64,000 bases of DNA from Eledone cirrhosa (Eukaryota), in contig OZ024766.1 in NCBI GenBank assembly GCA_964016885.1, positions 20,026,001 to 20,090,000 on the forward strand. The letters run 5' to 3'. A model generated the notes under the pieces. That model was not told where the DNA came from and made no database searches. It saw only the letters and a list, made by a program, of their open reading frames with translations. Shown in pieces: positions 26,844-40,680 of this stretch. Position numbers and translations under genes: made by a program. Position 1 is the first letter of the stretch. Each line of letters begins with the position of its first letter.

Positions 26844-28289
26844 ATGGAAACTAAATTGAGTGAGAAGAAGATTAAATGTGAAACATTGTCTAGAGATATG
26901 GCTATTCCAGAAGAGATGTCAAAATCTAGAGGAAAGAAACCATATCACTGTGATGTCTGTGGTAAATCATTCTCTAAAAGTGGTCAGTTAATTCCACACA
27001 AACGTACTCATACAGGAGACAAGCCATACCACTGCGATATCTGTGGTAAATCATTCTCTCAAAGTAGTCACTTAACTAGCCACAAACGTATACATACAGG
27101 AGACAAGCCATACCACTGTGATATCTGTGGTAAATCATTCTCTCGAAGTAGTCACTTAACTTGCCACAAACGTATACATACAGGAGACAAGCCATACCAC
27201 TGTGATATCTGTGGTAAATCATTCTCTGATAGTAGTACCTTACCTAGACACAAACGTATCCATACAGGAGACAAGCCATACCACTGCGATATCTGTGGTA
27301 AATCATTCTCTGAAAGTGGTACCTTAACTTCACACTTACGTACCCATACTGGAGACAAGACATACCAGTGTGATATCTGTGGTAAATCATTGTCTCGAAG
27401 TAGTAACTTAACTAGACACAAACGTATCCATACAGGAGACAAGCCATACGACTGTGATATCTGTGGTAAATCATTCTCCGTAAGTAATAGCTTAACTAAA
27501 CACTTACATACCCATACTGGAGACAAGCCATACCACTGTGATATCTGTGGTAAATCATTCTCTCATAGTAGTGACTTACCTAGACACAAACGTACCCATA
27601 CAGGAGACAATCCATACCACTGTGATATCTGTGGTAAATCATTCTCTCAAAGTAGTCACTTAACTAGACACATACGTATACATACAGGAGACAAGCCATA
27701 CCACTGTGATATCTGTGGTAAATCATTCTCTGATAGTAGTACCGTAACTATACACAAACGTACCCATACTGGAGACAAGCCATACCACTGTGACATCTGT
27801 GGTAAATTATTCTCTGCATCAAGTAAGTTAACTACACACAAATATACCCATACAGTAGACAAGCCATACCACTGTGATATCTGTGGTAAATCATTCTCTC
27901 GAAGTAATCACTTTACTAGACACAAACGTATACATACAGGAGACAAGCCATACCACTGTGATATCTGTGGTAAATTATTCTCTGATAGTAGTACCTTAAC
28001 TATACACAAACGTATACATACAGGAGACAAGCCATACCACTGTGATATCTGTGGTAAATCATTCTCTGATAGTAGTGCCTTAACTAGACACAAACGTATA
28101 CATACAGGAGACAAGCCATACCACTGTGATATCTGTGGTAAATCATCCTCTGTAAGTGGTAATTTAACTAGACACTTACATACCCATACAGGACACAAGC
28201 CATACCACTGCGATATCTGTGGTAAATCATTCTCTGTATCAAGTAGTTTAACTAGACACAAATATACCCATATGGGTGAGAACCCATAA
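26844..28289 (+). CDS. C2H2 zinc-finger protein, 481 aa, 16 fingers
   Basis: 33 + 16 x 28 aa, ending KYTHMGENP. Confidence 0.93.
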   Translation: METKLSEKKIKCETLSRDMAIPEEMSKSRGKKPYHCDVCGKSFSKSGQLIPHKRTHTGDKPYHCDICGKSFSQSSHLTSHKRIHTGDKPYHCDICGKSFSRSSHLTCHKRIHTGDKPYHCDICGKSFSDSSTLPRHKRIHTGDKPYHCDICGKSFSESGTLTSHLRTHTGDKTYQCDICGKSLSRSSNLTRHKRIHTGDKPYDCDICGKSFSVSNSLTKHLHTHTGDKPYHCDICGKSFSHSSDLPRHKRTHTGDNPYHCDICGKSFSQSSHLTRHIRIHTGDKPYHCDICGKSFSDSSTVTIHKRTHTGDKPYHCDICGKLFSASSKLTTHKYTHTVDKPYHCDICGKSFSRSNHFTRHKRIHTGDKPYHCDICGKLFSDSSTLTIHKRIHTGDKPYHCDICGKSFSDSSALTRHKRIHTGDKPYHCDICGKSSSVSGNLTRHLHTHTGHKPYHCDICGKSFSVSSSLTRHKYTHMGENP

Positions 28290-30029
28290 CCAAAAAAATA
28301 TCTCATTGTCTGAAAATGGTGAATTAAACACAAATACATTCATATGAGAAGCCATGCCACTGTGCTATTCTCTTTCATTGCTGCATTAACTTCATACAAA
28401 CATATATATATTGGAGAAAAGCCATATCACTGTAATATTTGTGGTAAATTGTTATCCATGATAGCTTGTTCAACTAGACACAAACATATATCACTGTGAT
28501 GTCTGCGGTAAATCATTGTTTAAATGTTGGGGCTTCACTAGACACTAACATATACAGGAGAGGAACTATATCACTGTGATGTCTGTGGTAAATCATTCTC
28601 TTGTAAAGATTACTTATTGCAACACAATCAGACAAGATAAAAACCATATCACTGACCCAAAATAGTGCCACCAATGTTGTTAATATTTTGAATAAAACTG
28701 TTTTACTAAGAAATTCTTCTCCTTTCATTTTATTTGTAGAAGTTGTAACCAAGACTTGTGCTGACAAATCTGTAGCGTTCAGAATTTACATACGCTATAT
28801 ATATGAGTATGTATGTGTGTAGAAATTTGTATCCCCTGTTGTTTGTTGCATATGTAGTGGATAAATGTATTCTTTTGTGTATGAATGATAAAAAGAATAA
28901 TGCCAGAATTGTGATGTTGACAATGTTTATTTTACAATAACAATATTAACTTGTTGCTACATTGAATATCAAGTAATAAAAATTGTGACAGGAATTATCA
29001 CTACATCAATTTGCTGACTAGCTACTTCGAGCTAGCGTGTATGTATGTATCAATACAACGATACACGAGAAGTGATTCAACAGGAAGACAAAAGAATGGA
29101 TAAAACCCAGAAGTAAACAGTATAATGAAACCTACTGAGTGTGTGTGTATCCTTACTATTTGTTATTCCTCTCAAGGACTGCTGCTTCGGTCTCTCTTGT
29201 TTGGTGGTGTAGTCTGTGGCCAAGAAGGTGAGAGCCAGTAAGGCCAGGAGAGAGAGATAGAGTAAAAGGTCAGTAGAAGTCTGTAGACCCCAAGAGGTCT
29301 GTAGAACGAGAATGTTTCATATCGTTATTCTCTGAAGGACTACTGCTTCGTGGTCTGGCTGCTGGATTCCCTTTGTACTTGTATTTATAATAACCCTATA
29401 GCTAGAAGGATGTGTATACGGGGTTGATTTATGAGTAGCCATGTGAGTTTCAGCTATCTTGAAGCTGGGGTCACAGGTCAAGTGGCATGTATGTTCATCA
29501 TTTTCTCTTGACAGGACAATGGTGGGAAACTCGCAACGATAGGTGGTCCCAGATGCGAGAACTTTTAGATTCAGTTTCGAATCTTTGCCAGGTAATTTAT
29601 AGGAGAATTCCGTTTACACATATATTAATGACATAGATGGCAACTTAAAGAGTGTCACAGTACTGAAATATGCAGATGACATCAAGCTGTCCCTTGAGAT
29701 AAAAAGGACAGATCCTGAACACTATAGATCTGGACACAATGCAGCAATGGACCACGGACTGGCAACTCAAGCTGGCTGTGTACAAGTGTACGACCATGCA
29801 TTTATCTATCTATTTAAAGCTGTAAATAGCTATGGTGCGGCCACACTTAGAAATTGCATCACCAGTCTGGAACCCGTCTTGCTCAGATCATTGATCTGGA
29901 AATTGTTTAGAGACGTGCAACCAAGTGAATACGCTCCATCAACTATCTACCATACTCTGAATGCCTTGCCTCCCTGGGTATGTATACATTGAAGGTCTGA
30001 CATCTGGAACTTGCTACTTATTGCACCTG

Positions 30030-30455
30030 AGCATCAGCCACATATAAAATCTACGTTCTTAGATAGCTGGCCTGTGTTCCCAGTACGTCTGTTATGTACC
30101 CATAGTTTGTATTTGGGACATAAAATGGAATTTCTACCTACTCCTTTCCTACACACTGAACATAGCCATTTCCCAGAGTGCACCTGTGCCCTATCTTCCT
30201 TCCTACATACTAGAACTTTAGTCTTTGACAAGTTAACTTTAAGGCCTTTTGATTCTAGGCCATGCTTCCATGTTTGGAATTTCTTATCTAGTTCAGCTGT
30301 TAGATAATCTGTGTATAGAAGTTCCCATGGGCAGCCTGTCTTAAACTCCTCTGTTTTAGCCTGAAGGGCAATAATAAATAGGAGGGGGCTAAGGACAGAG
30401 CCTTGATGAACACCAACTTTTATACTAAATTCTTCACTGTATTCATTGGTAATTC
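30030..30455 (-). mobile_element. RTE-type LINE RT fragment
   Basis: Paralogous to 9595-10020. Confidence 0.85.
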
Positions 30456-31025
30456 TATATATATATACACATATTTATGTGTACATATATATATACACAT
30501 ATTTATGTACATATATATATTTACTACACCACATTCTTCGTCTAAGTATAATTTGTAATGTTATTTACAAAACTAGGAATAAAATAATTCATGAGATATT
30601 CACTGCGAACCTGTACTTTCTCTATATCTCTTTTGGACCTGGTGTGTATATATATATATATATATGCAAAAGTTCTATTTAAATTGTTGGGATACAACAA
30701 ACAAATATTTTTATAACTGAATATAAAGCACTCAACAAATATTTGGAGTAAACATACGATATTAACAAATGGAAACTATATTTATAAAACCATATCTATT
30801 TTATACATATTTGAAATATGTATAATAAAATAGATATGGTTTTATAAATATAGTTTCCATTTGTTAATATCATATATATATGTGTGTGTATATATTTTTT
30901 TATCTAATTGATATTTGTAATGTTATTTATGCAACCAGGAATAAAATAATTCTTGAGATATTCACTTCGAACCTGTACTTTCTCTATATCTTTTTCGGAC
31001 CTGGTGTGTATATATATATATATAT

Positions 31026-31599
31026 GTATCCCAGTACAACCTGTCCCATGGTCGGGTCGTTGGCGACTAAACTGGCAACCCCACCAAGGTTTCTTGGTGA
31101 GGAGGGTGACTTTGGACATCCTGCAGGACTAAAAACAAAACCTGTCAAAGGGCAAAGGAGCTCTTAAGAGTCAATGGCCATCCAAAATCACCGGGAGAGA
31201 TGACCCCTTAGCCTTTGTCAAGGCAGAATTCTAGGAGAAGGAAAACTCTGATATAACACCTGCAACCCTGATGGTATCCAATGATGTTGACTTTTTCTTC
31301 TTTTTGGTAAATATCATCTTGGTTAAGAGAGTGGGACTGGCTTTGTGCAGTGCCTTTGCTCACTATAAAAGCTTCACGGCACAGGCATTGCTTTATATCT
31401 GGAGATCTCTCTGCACTTGTCGTCACATGGTACCATGGGCCCAGCACTATGTGTCAGTAATTGTCACAAGTGTAGTGTTTGTACCAGAGTTTTCAAGTTG
31501 CTGGCTGGACTAAAAAGTCACACTCGTTCAGCGCATCGGTAGGGGTTCTCCTACATGGATATAAAGTAGTGGCCGTACTCGAAAACGAGTTGGCAGCCA

Positions 31600-31602
<3 letters not shown>
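31026..31602 (+). mobile_element. RTE-5'-like non-autonomous element in (TA)n
   Basis: Reverse complement of 286-862. Confidence 0.65.
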
Positions 31603-31642
<40 letters not shown>

Positions 31643-31810
31643 CAAATATATATATATATATATATATATACGTATATATATTTTTATCTATTTCATATCT
31701 TTGATATTTGTAATGTTATTTATACAACCAGGAATAAAATAATTCTTGAGATATTCACTGCGAACCTGTACTTTCTCTATATCTTTTTCGGACATGGTAT
31801 GTATATATAT

Positions 31811-31842
<32 letters not shown>

Positions 31843-31989
31843 CGTATATATTTTTTTATCTATTTCATATTTGTGATATTTGTAATGTTATTTATACAAT
31901 CAGGAATAAAATAATTCTTCCCCTAACTCTTACCATTCACTGCGAGACTGTACTTGCTGTACGGACCTGAGATATATATATATATATAT

Positions 31990-32036
<47 letters not shown>

Positions 32037-32719
32037 TATATATATATATATATTTTCTACAGCACATTATTTGTCTCAGTATAATTTGTAATGTTATTTA
32101 TACAACCAGGAATAAAATAATTCTTACTCTAAACCTTACCATTCACTGCGAGACTGTACTGTCTTTACTTCCTGTTCCACCTACTTTCGTTCATTCATTA
32201 ATTTACTTCAAACTCAATCAATTCCTGTCTCTTTCTTCTATATTTTATATTTTCAAGGTATTTCAACAATTTTTATCTTTTTTTACGTTTCTTTTATTAA
32301 TTTATTCCGTTTTATATTTAAAATATTTCTGACTAATTTTTCCCGTATTTTCTGCCTAAATATTTATATACTTTATATATATAAAGTATATATATATATA
32401 AAGTATATATATATATAAAGTATATATATATATATATATAAGGTATATATATATTACAGGGAAAAATGCGGCCGCATGTAAAGAAATATTCTTAAATAAC
32501 TAAACCTAGAAAAGTAAAGGACAAGAAAACTTCTTAAAATATTGCAATTAAAGTCTAAATTATGAAAAAAAATATTTAGATTATAAAACTGAAAATAAAT
32601 AATTATAAGTTAATTATAAGTTAATTGTTAAAAATGACTGTCTTATAGGGAGAGTTTGACTACTGTATACTTAATTTTTTTCTTGGTGTATACAAATTAA
32701 TCTTTTTAAAATAAAATTT

Positions 32720-35700
32720 GTACAATAATTAATTAATAATAATAATAATTAATATGTACAATTTATTAATTTATGTTATAAGATATTTAAAAATTTTCAC
32801 TCTTAATCAAATTATTAATTAATAATAATAATAATAATTAATATGTACAATTTATTAATTTATGTTATAAGATATTTAAAAATGTTCACTCTTAATCAAA
32901 TTATTAATTAATAATAATAATAATAATTAATATGAACAATTTATTAATTTATGTTATAAGATATTTTAAAATGTTCACTCTTAATCAAATTATTAATTAA
33001 TAATAATAATAATTAATATGTACAATTTATTAATTTATGTTATAAGATATTTAAAAATTTTCACTCTTAATCAAATAATTAATTAATAATAATAATAATA
33101 ATTAATATGTACAATTTATTAATTTATGTTATAAGATATTTAAAAATGTTCACTCTTAATCAAATTATTAATTAATAATAATAATAATTAATATGTACAA
33201 TTTATTAATTTATGTTATAAGATATTTAAAAATTTTCACTCTTAATCAAATTATTAATTAATAATAATAATAATTAATATGAACAATTTATTAATTTATG
33301 TTATAAGATATTTAAAAATTTTCACTCTTAATCAAATTATTAATTAATAATAATAATAATAATTAATATGTACAATTTATTAATTTATGTTATAAGATAT
33401 TTAAAAATGTTCACTCTTAATCAAATTATTAATTAATAATAATAATAATTAATATGTACAATTTATTAATTTATGTTATAAGATATTTAAAAATTTTCAC
33501 TCTTAATCAAATAATTAATTAATAATAATAATAATAATTAATATGTACAATTTATTAATTTATGTTATAAGATATTTAAAAATGTTCACTCTTAATCAAA
33601 TTATTAATTAATAATAATAATAATTAATATGTACAATTTATTAATTTATGTTATAAGATATTTAAAAATTTTCACTCTTAATCAAATTATTAATTAATAA
33701 TAATAATAATTAATATGAACAATTTATTAATTTATGTTATAAGATATTTAAAAATGTTCACTCTTAATCAAATTATTAATTAATAATAATAATAATTAAT
33801 ATGTACAATTTATTAATTTATGTTATAAGATATTTAAAAATTTTCACTCTTAATCAAATAATTAATTAATAATAATAATAATAATTAATATGTACAATTT
33901 ATTAATTTATGTTATAAGATATTTAAAAATGTTCACTCTTAATCAAATTATTAATTAATAATAATAATAATTAATATGTACAATTTATTAATTTATGTTA
34001 TAAGATATTTAAAAATTTTCACTCTTAATCAAATTATTAATTAATAATAATAATAATTAATATGAACAATTTATTAATTTATGTTATAAGATATTTAAAA
34101 ATGTTCACTCTTAATCAAATTATTAATTAATAATAATAATAATAATTAATATGTACAATTTATTAATTTATGTTATAAGATATTTAAAAATTTTCACTCT
34201 TAATCAAATAATTAATTAATAATAATAATAATTAATATGTACAATTTATTAATTTATGTTATAAGATATTTTAAAATGTTCACTCTTAATCAAATAATTA
34301 ATTAATAATAATAATAATTAATATGTACAATTTATTAATTTATGTTATAAGATATTTAAAAATGTTCACTCTTAATCAAATTATTAATTAATAATAATAA
34401 TAATTAATATGTACAATTTATTAATTTATGTTATAAGATATTTAAAAATTTTCACTCTTAATCAAATTATTAATTAATAATAATAATAATTAATATGTAC
34501 AATTTATTAATTTATGTTATAAGATATTTAAAAATGTTCACTCTTAATCAAATTATTAATTAATAATAATAATAATTAATATGTACAATTTATTAATTTA
34601 TGTTATAAGATATTTAAAAATGTTCACTCTTAATCAAATTATTAATTAATAATAATAATAATTAATATGTACAATTTATTAATTTCATGTTATAAGATAT
34701 TTAAAAATTTTCACTCTTAATCAAATTATTAATTAATAATAATAATAATTAATATGAACAATTTATTAATTTGTTATAAGATATTTAAAAATGTTCACTC
34801 TTAATCAAATTATTAATTAATAATAATAATAATAATTAATATGTACAATTTATTAATTTATGTTATAAGATATTTAAAAATTTTCACTCTTAATCAAATA
34901 ATTAATTAATAATAATAATAATTAATATGTACAATTTATTAATTTATGTTATAAGATATTTTAAAATGTTCACTCTTAATCAAATAATTAATTAATAATA
35001 ATAATAATTAATATGTACAATTTATTAATTTATGTTATAAGATATTTAAAAATGTTCACTCTTAATCAAATCATTAATTAATAATAATAATTAATATGTA
35101 CAATTTATTAATTTATGTTATAAGATATTTAAAAATGTTCACTCTTAATCAAATAATTAATTAATAATAATAATAATTAATATGTACAATTTATTAAGAT
35201 ATTTAAAAATGTTCACTCTTAATCAAATTATTAATTAATAATAATAATAATTAATATGAACAATTTATTAATTTATGTTATAAGATATTTAAAAATGTTC
35301 ACTCTTAATCAAATTATTAATTAATAATAATAATAATTAATATGAACAATTTATTAATTTATGTTATAAGATATTTAAAAATGTTCACTCTTAATCAAAT
35401 TATTAATTAATAATAATAATAATTAATATGAACAATTTATTAATTTATGTTATAAGATATTTAAAAATTTTCACTCTTAATCAAATTATTAATTAATAAT
35501 AATAATAATTAATATGTACAATTTATTAATTTATGTTATAAGATATTTAAAAATTTTCACTCTTAATCAAATTATTAATTAATAATAATAATAATAATTA
35601 ATATGTACAATTTATTAATTTATGTTATAAGATATTTAAAAATTTTCACTCTTAATCAAATTATTAATTAATAATAATAATAATTAATATGTACAATTTA

Positions 35701-37295
35701 TTAATTTATGTTATAAGATATTTAAAAATGTTCACTCTTAATCAAATAATTAATTAATAATAATAATAATTAATATGTACAATTTATTAATTTATGTTAT
35801 AAGATATTTAAAAATGTTCACTCTTAATCAAATTATTAATTAATAATAATAATAATAATAATTAATATGTACAATTTATTAATTTATGTTATAAGATATT
35901 TAAAAATGTTCACTCTTAATCAAATTATTAATTAATAATAATAATAATTAATATGAACAATTTATTAATTTATGTTATAAGATATTTAAAAATGTTCACT
36001 CTTAATCAAATTATTAATTTATGTTATAAGATATTTAAAAATGTTCACTCTTAATCAAATCATTAATTAATAATAATAATTAATATGTACAATTTATTAA
36101 TTTATGTTATAAGATATTTAAAAATGTTCACTCTTAATCAAATTATTAATTAATAATAATAATAATAATTATGTACAATTTATTAATTTATGTTATAAGA
36201 TATTTAAAAATGTTCACTCTTAATCAAATTATTAATTAATAATAATAATAATTAATATGTACAATTTATTAATTTATGTTATAAGATATTTAAAAATGTT
36301 CACTCTTAATCAAATAATTAATTAATAATAATAATAATTAAAATGTACAATTTATTAATTTATGTTATAAGATATTTAAAAATGTTCACTCTTAATCAAA
36401 TTACTAATTAATAATAATAATAATTAATATGTACAATTTATTAATTTATGTTATAAGATATTTAAAAATTTTCACTCTTAATCAAATTATTAATTAATAA
36501 TAATAATAATTAATATGAACAATTTATTAATTTATGTTATAAGATATTTAAAAATGTTCACTCTTAATCAAATTATTAATTAATAATAATAATAATAATT
36601 AATATGTACAATTTATTAATTTATGTTATAAGATATTTAAAAATTTTCACTCTTAATCAAATAATTAATTAATAATAATAATAATTAATATGTACAATTT
36701 ATTAATTTATGTTATAAGATATTTTAAAATGTTCACTCTTAATCAAATAATTAATTAATAATAATAATAATTAATATGTACAATTTATTAATTTATGTTA
36801 TAAGATATTTAAAAATGTTCACTCTTAATCAAATCATTAATTAATAATAATAATTAATATGTACAATTTATTAATTTATGTTATAAGATATTTAAAAATG
36901 TTCACTCTTAATCAAATAATTAATTAATAATAATAATAATTAATATGTACAATTTATTAATTTATGTTATAAGATATTTAAAAATGTTCACTCTTAATCA
37001 AATTATTAATTAATAATAATAATAATTAATATGTACAATTTATTAATTTATGTTATAAGATATTTAAAAATGTTCACTCTTAATCAAATTATTAATTAAT
37101 AATAATAATAATAATTAATATGAACAATTTATTAATTTATGTTATAAGATATTTAAAAATTTTCACTCTTAATCAAATTATTAATTAATAATAATAATAA
37201 TTAATATGAACAATTTATTAATTTATGTTATAAGATATTTAAAAATGTTCACTCTTAATCAAATTATTAATTAATAATAATAATAATTAATATTT
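32720..37295. repeat. AT-rich satellite, 86/89-bp monomer, about 50 copies
   Basis: tgtacaatttattaatttatgttataagatatttaaaaatgttcactcttaatcaaattattaatt(aat)n-taata; length variants differ by one AAT. Confidence 0.97.
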
Positions 37296-37742
37296 TACTA
37301 TTTTACCTGTTTCAGCCATCCGGCTGAGGCCATGCTGGAGCACCGGCCTTGTACAAATTATTAATTTATGTTATAAGATATTTAAAAATTTTCCCTCTTA
37401 ATCAAATTATATTTTTAAAAATTTAGTTATAAAATAATGCAGTAAAATAAATCAAAAACAGTGCATCATATAATTGCACTTTTTATAAGTATTACAGATT
37501 TTTTTAATAATATAGTAAAATTCAACATCTCAAGGGGCAAAATTAGGTAAAAATCAATTCATCAATTATTCATTTATAGTGAATTCATCAATTCATTAGA
37601 TGAACGGTTGAATTAGACAATGTTTAATTGTTAATTGTAGTCTAATTATACTCTACCTAAAAATGTAGATTGGTTATTTTGATCTCTGACAGGTCTTAAA
37701 TTTCATTATTAAACAATTATAATTAGTTATTATTTATCATTA

Positions 37743-37954
37743 CAGTTGGCTCCCTAATTAATTATTAATTAATTGTTAGTGTCATTTACAAGCCAAAATT
37801 TTGTTTATAATTGTCACTCATTTTTTCAGTCCCATTTAGTAAAGTAAAATAAAGTATATTTATTTAATGACCCAACCACTATGGTGTAAATTAGGATCAC
37901 AAAATTAAATAAATGATCATAAATTAGTATTATTATCAATTAGAGAGTCAACTG
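37743..37954. mobile_element. MITE with CAGT termini and TA flanks (pogo/Tc1-like)
   Basis: TA-cagttggctccctaatt ... aattagagagtcaactg-TA, a 17-bp TIR with 2 mismatches. Confidence 0.55.
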
Positions 37955-37979
37955 TATTAGAATTTATCACTTTCTATGT

Positions 37980-38700
37980 ATCATCATCATCATCATCAAC
38001 GTTTAACGTCCGTGTTCCACGCTTGCATGGGTTTGGACGGGAGTTTTCCCACTTGAGGCAAGAGTGGTTGTCTTGCTCGCATAGGACTGTCTGGCGGGTT
38101 TTCTACAGCTGGATGCCCTTCCTAACACCAACCACATTTACAGTGTGGGGCTGGGAGGTTTTTACCGTGTTGCCTACACGGCCACATTACAGCGTGGACT
38201 GTCTGGCGGGTTTTCTACAGCTGGATGCCCTTCCTAACACCAACCACATTTACAGTGTGGGATTGGGAGGTTTTTACCGTGTTGCCTACACGGCCACATT
38301 ACAGCGTGGACTGTCTGGCGGGTTTTCTACAGCTGGATGCCCTTCCTAACACCAACCACATTTACAGTGTGGGACTGGGAGGTTTTTACCGTGTTGCCTA
38401 CACGGCCACATTACAGCGTGGACTGTCTGGCGGGTTTTCTACAGCTGGATGCCCTTCCTAACACCAACCACATTTACAGTGTGGGACTGGGAGGTTTTTA
38501 CCGTGTTGCCTACACGGCCACATTACAGCGTGGACTGTCTGGCGGGTTTTCTACAGCTGGATGCCCTTCCTAACACCAACCACATTTACAGTGTGGGGCT
38601 GGGAGGTTTTTACCGTGTTGCCTACACGGCCACATTACAGCGTGGACTGTGTGTTTTTTTGTTGTGACACCTACACGACCTCATTTGTTTCGGGCTGGAT
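37980..38700 (-). mobile_element. SINE-like element with an internal 112-bp unit amplified about 5x
   Basis: (CAT)n tail. The ggactgtctggcgggttttctacagctggatgcccttcc unit repeats over ~38085-38650. A matching single-copy segment lies at 56430-56580. Confidence 0.8.
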
Positions 38701-39116
38701 GTTGTGGTACCAACATAACTTTACATTGAAAGGGATGGTGTGGGACGGGGGTGTATTTTGTTAGAGATGCCTACTGGCTGTAGTAGGTTTTATTTTGTAT
38801 TTAGGTAAGGCGGGTCTTCTCTATTACTGAGTACCACCAAAGGTCTCGGTCCAGTGACATTGTCTTGGAGAGGTGTAAGTGTGTGAGGTCAGAATTTATC
38901 AGCTCGTATATTTAAATCAAATATTTTTTATTATTCAAATTTAGACTTTAGCTGCAATATTTTAAGAAGTTTTCTTGTCCTTTACTTTTCCAGGTTTATT
39001 AATTTAAGAATATTTCTTTACATGCGCCCGCATTTTTCCCTGTAATCCACTTTTCTTCCAAGCAATGCAAGGATATTATATTAATAAAAATATTTATCAA
39101 CAAATAAGTTAAATAA

Positions 39117-39420
39117 TTGTTTCTACTTAGTCACAAGGCCAGCAATAACCCAGTGCATTACTGGTACTTTATTTTATCGACCCCGTAAGGATGAATGGCA
39201 AAGTTAACCTCGGCGGAATTTGAACTCAGAATGGCAAGGGTCGTAACTCTATACGTCAAATATGGCATCCGACCCTCTACCAATACTGCCAATCCACAAA
39301 TAATAATAATAATAATAAATAATAATTGTTTCTACTTTAGGCACAAGGCCAGCAATTACCCAGTGCATTACTGGTACTTTATTTTATCGACCCTGTAAGG
39401 ATGAAAAGCAAAGTCAACCT
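39117..39420 (-). mobile_element. tRNA-derived SINE (one near-complete copy plus one partial)
   Basis: Minus strand has an A-box-like TGGCAGTATTGG, a B-box GAGTTCAAATTC and the body ctttgcc.ttcatccttacggggtcgataaaataaa.gtaccagt. Confidence 0.75.
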
Positions 39421-39444
39421 AGGAAGAAGTGCAGATAGGAAAAG

Positions 39445-39517
39445 TAATCAGGGTGGGAATCGAACTCACGACCTTCGGATTGCCGGTGCGCTGCTCTACC
39501 AACTGAGCTACCTGACC
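39445..39517 (-). pseudogene. tRNA-like sequence (pseudo-tRNA or SINE head; GGC at the anticodon position)
   Basis: 73 nt: GGTCAGG-TA-GCTC-AGTTGGTA-GAGC...GTGAG-TTCGATT-CCCAC-CCTGATT-A. Acceptor, D and T arms pair, but the anticodon stem has two mismatches and C33. Confidence 0.7.
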
Positions 39518-39550
39518 ACAATTCACTATTGCACAATATATCACTATTTT

Positions 39551-40568
39551 GGCGATATCCAATTTTAGGGGCCTAAATGCCGCTTACGTGCTGCAGTTGC
39601 TGCTTACTTCAATGTATGAGGCTATTCCAACAAATTTACATTCCCCTCTTTTTTAGCCGTTAAAAGAAATATAGATTTTTTTTTTTTTTTTTTTTTGCGA
39701 TTTATTTGCCCCTTTTTTATTTGTTTGTTTTTTGGGGTCACACACACCCCCGTAGAAAGTGTGCGACCTTTCTGCCAGGGAGTACAGAGATGGGGGGAGG
39801 GGTGCTCCCTTCTTCTCTTACCTGTACAAGCCAATATAGAGAGATGGCTCACTTACACGGGCCATTATTGCTACTTTCACCCGAAAAAGGCACTCAGTCC
39901 CAGCCAATTCCATGAAAGATGGGTGAAAGTAGCAATAATGGCCCGTGTAAGTGGGTCATCTCTCTATATCGGCTTGTACAGGTAAGAGAAGAAGGGAGCA
40001 CCCCCACCCCGCCCTCTCTCTGTGCTCCCTGGCAGAAAGGTCGCAGACTTTCTACGGGGGCGTGTGACCCCAAAAGGCTAATAAATCGCAAAAAAAACAA
40101 ACAAACAAAAAAGGGGCAAATAAAGAAATCTATGGCAAATAAATCGCAAAAAAACAAACAAACAAAAAAGGGGCAAATAAAGAAATCTATGGCAAATAAA
40201 TCGCAAAAAAACAAACAAACAAAAAAGGGGCAAATAAAGAAATCTATGGCAAATAAATCGCAAAAAAACAAACAAACAAAAAAGGGGCAAATAAAGAAAT
40301 CTATGGCAAATAAATCGCAAAAAAACAAACAAACAAAAAAGGGGCAAATAAAGAAATCTATGGCAAATAAATCGCAAAAAAACAAACAAACAAAAAAGGG
40401 GCAAATAAAGAAATCTATGCCCCAGTGGCAAATAAATCGCAAAAAAATAAAAATAAATAAATCTATATTTCTTTTAACGGCTAAAAAAAAGGGGGAATGT
40501 AAATTTGTTGGAATAGCCTCATACATTGAAGTAAGGCAGCATTTAGGCTGCTAAAATTGGATATCGCC
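39551..40568. mobile_element. Foldback DNA transposon, non-autonomous, Merlin-like ends
   Basis: GGCGATATCC...GGATATCGCC termini, exact 8-bp TSD ACTATTTT (39543-39550 and 40569-40576), inverted arms over 300 bp around a 38-bp spacer. Confidence 0.85.
40080..40420. repeat. 57-bp tandem repeat x6 in the right arm of the foldback element
   Basis: aaataaatcgcaaaaaaacaaacaaacaaaaaaggggcaaataaagaaatctatggc. Confidence 0.93.
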
Positions 40569-40680
40569 ACTATTTTAATGTATGAGAAATTAGAAACAAA
40601 CTAAGCGTTACTTATGTAAATATTTTATAACCGATATAAAGCACTCGACAAGTTTTTGGAGTAGATATACGATATTAGAC

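Larger units (their letters stand above)
32457..39042. mobile_element. Non-autonomous TIR element (Tc1/mariner-like ends) spanning 6.6 kb
   Basis: About 105-bp imperfect inverted repeats at 32457-32561 and 38938-39042, reading TA-CAGGGAAAAATGCG ... CGCATTTTTCCCTG-TA. Confidence 0.7.

Noticed and set aside
39894-40554. 210/211-aa ORFs with 19-aa repeats
   Set aside because: Products of the 57-bp tandem repeat inside a non-coding foldback element; no transposase motifs.
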